IMG/VR virus record: IMGVR_UViG_3300025789_000020
Direction: 5' to 3' (one strand)
DNA: 64,000 bases
Source: a virus
Below are positions 47,602 to 55,562 of this stretch, piece by piece (within the stretch, counting starts at the first letter, position 1; every line of letters starts with the position of its first letter). The notes under the pieces were generated by a model. That model made no database searches, was not told where the DNA came from, and worked only from the letters and a program-made list of their open reading frames with translations. Made by a program: the position numbers and the translations under genes.

Positions 47602-47782
47602 CGACTCAGATAATGTCCAAAAATACTTTGCCCTGCCTGGGCAAAGTGTGACTGAACGATCTAGATAATATCTTAACGCTTCGCGTTTTATTATAATTAA
47701 TAAAAAGAAACAATATGTGTTTGAGCTTTAGCGAAAAACACAGTTGAACGTAGTTCAACTTTAAATTGTGATAAATATCACA
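47602..47782. other. Cluster of DNA hairpins, an imperfect direct repeat and an AT-rich palindrome (candidate replication origin or control region)
   Basis: Inverted repeats at 47625-47647, 47675-47687, 47686-47705, 47716-47742, 47742-47760 and 47767-47782. Confidence 0.4.
47770..47777 (+). promoter_or_regulatory. Late promoter GATAAATA
   Basis: Upstream of the AGGA RBS and ATG 47795. Confidence 0.62.
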
Positions 47783-47794
47783 TAGGATCTTAAT

Positions 47795-48949
47795 ATGAAA
47801 ATCTATGAAATAATCTCTGAACAACAAACACAAGAAGGTCTAGCCGCTGATATATTAGGTGGTATTGGAAGTCTTGGGTTCAAAGCCGCTAAGGCATTCC
47901 ACGGAGATGAACCACTGATTAAAAAAGGTGCCCAAGAGCTAGCAGACTTTGCTAAAACTCGAAATACTACAGTTGCCGCTGCCGCTAAAGATCTAGCTAA
48001 AAAAGATGCCGCTGAAATTGCGCATTATGCTGAGAAATATAAAGTTAGTCCCGAAGAAGCTGCCAAGGCTTTAAACAAACGTCCAGACCTTGCTGACAAA
48101 GTACTTGCTCAAGCTAAAACAGACAGTGGACTTAGAACCGTTGGACTAGGTAAACTAGTTGGCATGGGCAAATTGGAAATGATCAAAGAAGGTGGTAAGA
48201 AGTTAGCCAGCCTTGGATTTGATGCAGCCTATCTTTATGAATTATGGTCTCCAGCACTTGAGTATTATAATCATATGAAAGATGCTGAAGAATGGGTCAA
48301 AGCAGGAAAAATTCCTCCTGGATATGAACAGTTTAAAGATGTTACTGAATGGTACAATGCTTACCGTCAGCGTGAAATGCAAATCCTAATTGGTCGTGAA
48401 ATATCAAACTTTGCAGTGGCTAAGATTGCTAAAATACCAGGAAATATTCTTGGTGGATTCTTTACTAAGATGGGTGCTGAAAAATTAGGAAAAGCAGTTT
48501 CAGGCCTAGGAAATCAACTAGTTGGTACAGTTGCATTAAGTATGTTTAACAATAGTGATGTAGCCAAAGGTATTGCAGAAGGTATGGCCGGATCGTTCTT
48601 TGGTATACAAGATTTTGTTGGTGCAAAAGGTGTACAAGTATTAGATGCATTAACACCTGAGTTTATGAAGAGTGTTAAACAAGGTCCTGTTACTACACCT
48701 GCAACAACTCCAGATAGTACACCTGCCGCAAGCGGAACTACACCTACACCTACTAACGGAACTCCTGCAACAACTCCAGCCGCTGGACAGGGAGCTACAC
48801 CTACTGCCGCAGGAGGGCAACCAGAATTACTAAGCGGGTTTAAATTAGCACCAAATGCTAGTCCAATAGCGCAGTGGAAAGATATTGGTACTGGATGGAT
48901 GCAAGATCCTAAAACTGGACAACGTGCATTGAAAGCACAATTAAATTAA
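47795..48949 (+). CDS. Hypothetical late protein, possible internal head protein
   Basis: 384 aa; late promoter; N-terminus MKIYEIISE; P/T/A-rich linker. Confidence 0.7.
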   Translation: MKIYEIISEQQTQEGLAADILGGIGSLGFKAAKAFHGDEPLIKKGAQELADFAKTRNTTVAAAAKDLAKKDAAEIAHYAEKYKVSPEEAAKALNKRPDLADKVLAQAKTDSGLRTVGLGKLVGMGKLEMIKEGGKKLASLGFDAAYLYELWSPALEYYNHMKDAEEWVKAGKIPPGYEQFKDVTEWYNAYRQREMQILIGREISNFAVAKIAKIPGNILGGFFTKMGAEKLGKAVSGLGNQLVGTVALSMFNNSDVAKGIAEGMAGSFFGIQDFVGAKGVQVLDALTPEFMKSVKQGPVTTPATTPDSTPAASGTTPTPTNGTPATTPAAGQGATPTAAGGQPELLSGFKLAPNASPIAQWKDIGTGWMQDPKTGQRALKAQLN

Positions 48950-49179
48950 AGAAGTGGTAGACCAGTATCTTCAACTGATTTAATATTTTCTTTAATTATT
49001 TCATAAGCGGCTCGGCGATCGTCGTAGCTGTAGGTGTACATTAAATCATTTACTGTAACACCACCCCGCATGTACCAGCTAATTCTAAATAATTCTTCTT
49101 TGAATTGTTTTATTTCTGTATCAAGCCTAACTAGACGTTCTTCAATCTCAAAGGGTGTGAGACCAATTAGGCTTATGCG
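48946..49179 (-). CDS. Unannotated 77-codon frame, probable -1 frameshift extension of the gp26-like gene (gp51/tail-chaperone-like)
   Basis: Open frame RISLIGLTPFEIEERLVRLDTEIKQFKEELFRISWYMRGGVTVNDLMYTYSYDDRRAAYEIIKENIKSVEDTGLPLL* begins at the T TTT TTC heptamer; first ATG only at 49071. Confidence 0.68.
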   Translation of the reverse strand, partial: RISLIGLTPFEIEERLVRLDTEIKQFKEELFRISWYMRGGVTVNDLMYTYSYDDRRAAYEIIKENIKSVEDTGLPLL

Positions 49180-49994
49180 AAAAAATTTGAATTATCTAGC
49201 TCAATGCTAACTTCGTTATCACGGTCGCAACTTTTGCATTTAACTTTATAGTTAGGCAACAACCAAGTTTTTTGATTTTCTTCAATTTGTTTTTTAATTG
49301 CATCAAAAACAGTCTTGTCGCAATTTTCTAACCATTCTTTAATATGTCCGCGTTCAGTTACATTAGTAGTTTCGACTTCAACACTTTCTACACAATCGGT
49401 AATCATGTCGTTTTGTATAATCCCAATAGCAGTAAACAGCTCGTTAACTTTTTTCTGCTGTTCAGTTGCGTCAGTGATAGCTTCAACTTGACTTAATTGT
49501 TGTTGCAATTGGAAATTTTTAATGTTAACATCTGTACTTTGCTTGTAGTTCAATGGTCTAATCTTAATCACTAGATTGTTGATAACAACACGATTATCAA
49601 ATTTACAGTTTGAATAGTGTTCAATAGCTTTACCTAGATCTAAATCATAATCATTTTCAGCACCGCACCCTGGGCAATTATGTGTAACAGCCATCATGTT
49701 ACCATAGGTGGCAATTCTAATAGCAGTGAACAACAAGTTAGTGTCAAGCGTACTAACATCCCATCCATTTTTAATACTAGGACAGCAACTTTCTAGTACC
49801 TTTACTGTGCTTTCTCCACTTAGCAACGCATCAGGAGTGCGTATAATAATTTCGTCCATACCTGTCATACCAAATACAGGCATACTTTCAGTATTACCGG
49901 TTAAAGATCCAGATTCGTTGTAAATGCCTTTACTGGCTAGACTAATAAAGATCTTAGGTTGTCTAAAGTATTGTTGCAGAGGATTATTGGCCAT
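49173..49994 (-). CDS. gp26: Baseplate hub assembly protein (T4 gp26-like)
   Basis: MTGMDEI, D..LLFTAIRIATYG, CPGC and CKSC zinc motifs, C-terminal NFF. Confidence 0.75.
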   Translation of the reverse strand: MANNPLQQYFRQPKIFISLASKGIYNESGSLTGNTESMPVFGMTGMDEIIIRTPDALLSGESTVKVLESCCPSIKNGWDVSTLDTNLLFTAIRIATYGNMMAVTHNCPGCGAENDYDLDLGKAIEHYSNCKFDNRVVINNLVIKIRPLNYKQSTDVNIKNFQLQQQLSQVEAITDATEQQKKVNELFTAIGIIQNDMITDCVESVEVETTNVTERGHIKEWLENCDKTVFDAIKKQIEENQKTWLLPNYKVKCKSCDRDNEVSIELDNSNFFA

Positions 49995-50005
49995 ATTTTA
50001 CTCCT

Positions 50006-50031
50006 GATAAATATATGATATAGTATTTATA
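50006..50031. promoter_or_regulatory. Face-to-face pair of late promoters
   Basis: GATAAATA (+, 50006-50013) and TATAAATA (-, 50031-50024) in a 62-bp divergent gap. Confidence 0.65.
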
Positions 50032-50056
50032 TACGCACTTTTTCAGGAAAATTTTT

Positions 50057-52504
50057 ATGGCAGATGTCGATCTCAGTCAAGGTAGTCTACAGCAACTAGC
50101 TACACTAATACGTGGGGGTAATTCTGGCGGTGCAGGTGCCGGCGGCGCAAGCGGTGCAGGAGGTGGCGCTGGATTAGGTGATATTATTAAATCATCGGTG
50201 GGTGTAGTTGGCGCATTTACTAGTATTACTAATAACGGTAATCATGCGGCAACTGCATTAAGTCGAATGGCTAGTGTTGTTCCAGGTCTAGGCGGAGCCG
50301 CTAGTAAAGCTATCGGTGAGCTAGACGGATTAAGAACAGGCACACTAGTTAATGCACAGCATGGTGTGTCTATGAGTTTCTTAGACATGCAGAATAAGGC
50401 TAACCAAGCCGGTCTAAGTCAAGAACAATATTTGCAGGCTGTACAAAATTCTGGAATTGCACTAGATGCAGTAAGTGGAAACGCAACTGGTTCAGCTGAA
50501 AAATTATTGAAGCTTGGAAATAGTCTACAAGAAGGTGACTTAGGTAAAAATCTTAAAGAAAAAACTAACATGGCGGCAGCTGAGTTAGGTAACTTAGCAA
50601 TTGTTAGTCAGTATGGTGCAAAAGCTAACCTTGATAATCCTAAAGCTATGGAAAGGGCTAGTCAATTTGCAGGTGAACTAGCAACTAATTTACATCGTAC
50701 TTCGCAAATTACTGGACAAACTCACGAAGCATTAACTGCGGCTCTTGAAGCAAGATTAAAAGAACCAGGTGTTGTTAAGATGATGCTTAGTATGACTGAG
50801 CAACAACGCGAAGCATATGTAACAGCTCAAGCAAAATTATTAGGAATGGGACAGAGTGTAGGAGACTTAACTGATACTATTGCTAAAGGTGGTCGATATA
50901 GTAAAGAGAATGTAACAACTTTAATGTCCATGGGCCCGGCCGCTGGAGAATTTCAACGTGCAACCTATGCGTTAACACATGCTAAAACAGCTGAACAAAA
51001 AGCCGCTGCCGAACAAGCATTAGAAAAAGCCAAGTCGCACGTTAATGAATTTCAATCTAGTCAACGTTTTCAAAACATGATTAATCGTTCTACGCCTGAA
51101 ATGGCTGCAGGACTATCAAAGATTGCTGAAGAAAATAGATTGGCAGGACGACAAGTAGGTGGAAAAGCAGAAACCGGACTAACTGGGGTAAAGGCAGATC
51201 AAGCAACTAGGGATAAAGTTGATCTGCAAGGTCAGGGTTTAGTAAAAGATGCTACAGGTAAAGTGACTCAAGATTCTAGCCGTGCTTTTGACCAAGCATT
51301 GTCAAGAACGGAAGAAAAAGGAAGAGTCGCAAGTACAGCTGGAACACAAGCACTAGCAGATACTTCAGCAAAAATTGGAGCAGATACTGCTTCGATTAAA
51401 AAGTTTGACGGAGCAATGTCGACGGTATTTGGTGCAGGCGGAACTACTGAAGCAGCCGCAAAGAAACTACAAGCTGACTTTAAATTACTAGGCGATGTAA
51501 CTGGCATAAGCAAGCCTGGTGCCGCATCAGCCGCGCCAGCAACACCTGGTGCATCGGCAGTAGGCAATCGTGAAATAGGTAAACCACCAGGAAGAAAAGG
51601 TGGATCTAAAGATGCTACCGGTGACTGGTTTGAAAATTTTGGTGCTGAAACTACAGTTAATTTGCACGGTGATGAAGCAGTTGTTCCTAAAGCTCAAGTT
51701 AAAACGTTTATGCAAGATATGCAAGAACGTGCTTCGAAACAAATGGCTAAACCAGCTGTAGATAATAGTAAAAATATGTTATCTGACATGTTGCCCAAGG
51801 GCGGTCTTAAACTTCCTGAAGTTAAACCACCAGAGTTACCTAAGTTAAGTGAAGAACAATTAAAAACTCTTTCAGAAGGTCCCGGCGAACGTAACCAAGG
51901 AAAAGGTAGTCCCTTTTATCAAGAAGCATTAAAACTACAAGAAGATATTAAAGCAAGAGCTACTGCTCCTAAAGTTGAAACACCTAAAGCAGAAGTCCCT
52001 AAGCTAGACATACCTAAAGTTGAACCAAAAGCAGAAGTCCCTAAGCTAGACATACCTAAAGTTGAACCAAAAGCAGAAGTCCCTAAGCTAGACATACCTA
52101 AAGTTGAACCAAAAGCAGAACCTAGTATATTTGATCGTATAAAAACTCAAATATCAAGTATCGTATCTAAAACTACTGCTCCGACAGCTCCTTCTATACC
52201 AAAATTAGATAGTATTAGTGCTGACATTGCTAAACCAGTAACTCAAACACCGTTGCCAAAACCAGTTCCTAAAATAGAAACAGCAGAAAAGCCAGTTGAA
52301 CAACCGAAAGCGCAAACAGCTACAGCGGCTCAACCAGCGGCAACTGGCACTAGTGCTATATCATTAAAAGATCTCAATGACCAGCTAACGATGTTAAATA
52401 AACAAATGGGACAAATGATAAGTCATGCGGCCACCACCGCCGAAGCTAGCCAGAAGACAGCAAAGTCTACTTCTAGACCAGCAGGTAGCAGAGCATTAGC
52501 CTAA
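50057..52504 (+). CDS. Putative tape-measure / baseplate hub protein (gp29-like)
   Basis: A/G/Q-rich helical 815-aa protein with a FENFG...LHGDEAVVP motif and C-terminal coiled coil; next to the gp26-like gene. Confidence 0.55.
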   Translation: MADVDLSQGSLQQLATLIRGGNSGGAGAGGASGAGGGAGLGDIIKSSVGVVGAFTSITNNGNHAATALSRMASVVPGLGGAASKAIGELDGLRTGTLVNAQHGVSMSFLDMQNKANQAGLSQEQYLQAVQNSGIALDAVSGNATGSAEKLLKLGNSLQEGDLGKNLKEKTNMAAAELGNLAIVSQYGAKANLDNPKAMERASQFAGELATNLHRTSQITGQTHEALTAALEARLKEPGVVKMMLSMTEQQREAYVTAQAKLLGMGQSVGDLTDTIAKGGRYSKENVTTLMSMGPAAGEFQRATYALTHAKTAEQKAAAEQALEKAKSHVNEFQSSQRFQNMINRSTPEMAAGLSKIAEENRLAGRQVGGKAETGLTGVKADQATRDKVDLQGQGLVKDATGKVTQDSSRAFDQALSRTEEKGRVASTAGTQALADTSAKIGADTASIKKFDGAMSTVFGAGGTTEAAAKKLQADFKLLGDVTGISKPGAASAAPATPGASAVGNREIGKPPGRKGGSKDATGDWFENFGAETTVNLHGDEAVVPKAQVKTFMQDMQERASKQMAKPAVDNSKNMLSDMLPKGGLKLPEVKPPELPKLSEEQLKTLSEGPGERNQGKGSPFYQEALKLQEDIKARATAPKVETPKAEVPKLDIPKVEPKAEVPKLDIPKVEPKAEVPKLDIPKVEPKAEPSIFDRIKTQISSIVSKTTAPTAPSIPKLDSISADIAKPVTQTPLPKPVPKIETAEKPVEQPKAQTATAAQPAATGTSAISLKDLNDQLTMLNKQMGQMISHAATTAEASQKTAKSTSRPAGSRALA
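51986..52120 (+). repeat. Perfect 42-bp coding tandem repeat (3.2 copies)
   Basis: AAAGCAGAAGTCCCTAAGCTAGACATACCTAAAGTTGAACCA x3 plus 9 nt, encoding KAEVPKLDIPKVEP. Confidence 0.95.
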
Positions 52505-52513
52505 GGATAACAG

Positions 52514-54262
52514 ATGAGTTGGAAAAAATATTTCACACCAGTACCAGTTAATGGCCAGCTATTAGGTCCAATCTCTGGTGCAAATAGTAGCGGATCTAGA
52601 CCTGGCCCTGCACAAACAAACTATTCAAGCTATCTACCTGATATCTATACAGGCAGTCCTAACCGTGTTGAGCGTTATAGTCAGTATGAAGTTATGGATA
52701 GTGATCCAGAAGTTAATGCCGCACTAGATATTCTTGCAGAATTTTGTACACAAAAAGTAAAAGATAGTAAAAGTCCATTCTCAGTCAAGTGGCGCCACAA
52801 GGCTACTAATAGTGAAATTAAGATTTTAGGTGAATACCTACAACAATGGAACAAACTACAACAGTTTGACACACGTATTTTCCGTATTGTTCGTAACGTT
52901 TTCAAATACGGTGATACATTCTTTATTCGAGATCCTGAAAATCAAAAATGGAGTTACGTAGATCCTGCTAACATTGTTAAAGTTATTGTAAATGAAAGCG
53001 AAGGAAAGAAACCTGAACAGTATGTTGTTAAAGATCTTGCTCCTAACTTTGAAAATTTAATCGCTACGATGATTACACCTACGGTAAGTCCACGTGCTGG
53101 CGCTGGTGGAACACAAGGTGCAAGCGGTAACTTAGGACAAGGTAGTTCAGGTAAAGGTAGTTCAGGACCTTATTCTACAAGCAGTGCTGGCGGACGCTTT
53201 GGATTAAACCAAAAAGAAAATGCAGTTGATGCTAAACATGTTATACATCTAAGTTTGTCAGAAGGATTAGATCAAAATTTTCCGTTTGGTAACAGTTTAT
53301 TAGAGAATATCTTCAAAGTTTACAAACAAAAAGAACTATTAGAAGATGCTATCCTTATCTATCGTATACAACGTGCTCCAGAACGCAGAGTATTTCACAT
53401 TGACGTAGGTAATATGCCAAGCCATTTAGCTATGGCATTCGTTGAACGTGTTAAGAATGAGATCCATCAACGTAGAATTCCTAGTCAGTCAGGTGGCGGA
53501 CAAAACGTTATCGACTCTGCTTATAATCCTTTAAGCATTAACGAAGATTATTTCTTCCCAACAACAGCAGAAGGACGTGGATCTAAAGTAGAAACATTGC
53601 CCGGCGGTACTAACTTAGGTGAAATTGATGACTTAAAGTACTTTACTAACAAGTTATTCCGTGGTTTACGTATTCCAAGTAGCTATTTGCCTACTGGTGC
53701 AGACGATAGTCAAGCAAGTTTTAACGATGGACGAGTGGGAACAGCATACATTCAAGAACTACGCTTTAACAAATACTGTGAAAGACTACAAAGTCTTATT
53801 ACAGCAGTGTTTGATACTGAATTTAAGATGTACATGGAGAGTAAAGGACTTAATTTAGATGCTAATCTATTTGAGTTACAGTTTAATCCTCCAATGAACT
53901 TTGCAAGTTCACGTCAAGCGGCTATGGATACTGAACGTATTAACACATTTAATACAGTTCAAGCAGTACCTTATATGTCAAAACGTTTTGCATTGAAGCG
54001 TTTCTTAGGTTTAACTGACGAAGAAGTTGCAGAAAATGAACGTATGTGGGCTGAAGAAGCTGGTAAAGGTCAACCAAATCACACAGATGCCGCAGGTGAA
54101 TTGCGCAGTGCAGGTTTATCTGCCGCAGGTATTGAAGGAGACTTAGGTGCCGCAGGCGATATGGATGCTCCAGAAGATATGCAAGATGCAAATGCAAGCG
54201 ATGCTAGCGCAGTAGGTGGTGCTCCGGCTGCTCCAGGTGCTCCTCCTCCACCGGCTGCATAA
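52514..54262 (+). CDS. gp20: Portal vertex protein (gp20-like)
   Basis: LEDAILIYRIQRAPERRVFHIDVGNMP, EDYFFP..EGRGSKVETLPGG.NLGEIDDLKYF..KL.RGLRIPSS. Confidence 0.95.
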   Translation: MSWKKYFTPVPVNGQLLGPISGANSSGSRPGPAQTNYSSYLPDIYTGSPNRVERYSQYEVMDSDPEVNAALDILAEFCTQKVKDSKSPFSVKWRHKATNSEIKILGEYLQQWNKLQQFDTRIFRIVRNVFKYGDTFFIRDPENQKWSYVDPANIVKVIVNESEGKKPEQYVVKDLAPNFENLIATMITPTVSPRAGAGGTQGASGNLGQGSSGKGSSGPYSTSSAGGRFGLNQKENAVDAKHVIHLSLSEGLDQNFPFGNSLLENIFKVYKQKELLEDAILIYRIQRAPERRVFHIDVGNMPSHLAMAFVERVKNEIHQRRIPSQSGGGQNVIDSAYNPLSINEDYFFPTTAEGRGSKVETLPGGTNLGEIDDLKYFTNKLFRGLRIPSSYLPTGADDSQASFNDGRVGTAYIQELRFNKYCERLQSLITAVFDTEFKMYMESKGLNLDANLFELQFNPPMNFASSRQAAMDTERINTFNTVQAVPYMSKRFALKRFLGLTDEEVAENERMWAEEAGKGQPNHTDAAGELRSAGLSAAGIEGDLGAAGDMDAPEDMQDANASDASAVGGAPAAPGAPPPPAA

Positions 54263-54269
54263 ATATAGT

Positions 54270-54509
54270 ATGATTCTTAGAGAACTATTTTATATTGATC
54301 CTGACACACGTAGCGTAGCTAATGATCTACGTTATGATGCTAAACGCGACGATACAGTTATGCATAGAACTGATACTCGCAAGACTAGATTAACCCTTGG
54401 TCAAATTAACGAATTGCGTAAAAGTAGTGAAGCTCATATATTAGAACAAGAAAACGAATTAGACTTTATACATTCAATGTACGCTACACCGCCTGCACCA
54501 GCGGCGTAA
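54270..54509 (+). CDS. Small hypothetical head-module protein
   Basis: MILRELF...DTRKTRLTLGQINELRK; ATG lies 4 nt after CATAAATA. Confidence 0.72.
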   Translation: MILRELFYIDPDTRSVANDLRYDAKRDDTVMHRTDTRKTRLTLGQINELRKSSEAHILEQENELDFIHSMYATPPAPAA

Positions 54510-54573
54510 TTCTAAAAAATTATCTGAAAACGACTGTTTTTCAGGTATATCTATGCACTTTTTTAATATTAGT

Positions 54574-54580
54574 GTAAATA
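54574..54580 (+). promoter_or_regulatory. Late promoter GTAAATA for the head operon
   Basis: Intergenic, upstream of an AGGAG RBS. Confidence 0.55.
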
Positions 54581-54623
54581 TATTACAGCCTTGTATCAAC
54601 AATCATACCACAGGAGAACTAAC

Positions 54624-55547
54624 ATGACTGACCGCGCTCAATTTGAAGCTATGCTAGAAGCTTTGATCAACGAAGATCAAGAAACAGCACAAGAAATTTT
54701 TCATAACATCGTAGTAGGCAAAAGCCGCGAAATCTACGAAGAACTACTAGAATCTGATTTCTCTAAAGACCAAGGTAACCCTTACGGTAAAGCGGATGAT
54801 GGCATGGAAGAAGAAGAAGAAGAAGAAGAAGAAGAAGGTTACGAGCCTAAAGAAGACGACGCTGAAGAAGATGACTCAGAAGAAGACGGCGAAGAAGATG
54901 ACTCAGAAGAAGAGCCAGCTTTTGGTGACGAAGAAGGTGAGGAAGACGGCGAAGAAGGTGAAGGCGATATGGAAGATCGCGTAATGGATCTAGAAGATGC
55001 ATTAGAAGACCTAAAAGCAGAATTTGAACAGCTATTAGCTGGTGAAGAACACGAAGAAGAACAAGAGCCAGGTATCCATGGCGCAGGTATGCCAATGCAC
55101 GATATCGAAGCAGGTATGCACGATGAAGAAGAAGCTGAAGGCATGCCAATGATGGAATATGTTAACAAAGTTCCAAGTCCAAAGCATGGCGACAACGGTG
55201 TTAACAACAAGAGCACATTAGACGGATCAATTACAAACAACATGGGCGGTACATCTGCTAACATCGTTGCTGGACACCGTGAAGTTAGTGCTGATGTTGG
55301 TGCTAAGTCAAAAGTTACAGGTACTGGCGTATTCAAAGGTGAACCTAAATTGCAAAACGGTGGAAACATCAACGTTCCAGGCGGCAAAGCAGGTAAGACG
55401 GCTTTCAAAACCCAAGTTAAGGGCGGCGGAATTGATCGTCAAGCAGGTTTTAACAAGCCAGGTCAGAACATAGGTGCTGGCACAGGCAAAAACGAAACCA
55501 CTGGCGAAAAGAATACACAAAGTACTCTACGTCCAATTAAGAAATAA
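54624..55547 (+). CDS. Highly acidic prohead core/scaffold-like protein
   Basis: AGGAG RBS before ATG 54624; long D/E tract; lies between portal and protease (T4 gp67/68 position). Confidence 0.68.
   Translation: MTDRAQFEAMLEALINEDQETAQEIFHNIVVGKSREIYEELLESDFSKDQGNPYGKADDGMEEEEEEEEEEGYEPKEDDAEEDDSEEDGEEDDSEEEPAFGDEEGEEDGEEGEGDMEDRVMDLEDALEDLKAEFEQLLAGEEHEEEQEPGIHGAGMPMHDIEAGMHDEEEAEGMPMMEYVNKVPSPKHGDNGVNNKSTLDGSITNNMGGTSANIVAGHREVSADVGAKSKVTGTGVFKGEPKLQNGGNINVPGGKAGKTAFKTQVKGGGIDRQAGFNKPGQNIGAGTGKNETTGEKNTQSTLRPIKK
54807..54836 (+). repeat. (GAA)10 trinucleotide tract encoding poly-Glu
   Basis: Ten perfect GAA units. Confidence 0.9.
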
Positions 55548-55562
55548 GAGAACATATAATAT

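Noticed and set aside
47290-47700. RNase P RNA, tmRNA or group I intron
   Set aside because: A GGCTTAT on the - strand and AGATAATGTCC loosely recall RNase P CR-V and the intron S element. However, GAGGAAAGTCC, ACAGAA, a properly placed R element, tRNA-like ends and interrupted flanking exons are all missing.
47606-47833. 75-aa minus-strand ORF
   Set aside because: No RBS, atypical composition, overlaps a real gene and runs through the hairpin cluster.
51986-52120. CRISPR array
   Set aside because: Repeats are head-to-tail with no spacers, in frame within a CDS, and no cas genes are present.
54796-55520. Lys-rich, Ser-rich and Leu-rich alternative ORFs (54796..54984, 54839..55408, 54847..55149)
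   Set aside because: Shadow frames of the GAA/GAY-rich acidic gene.
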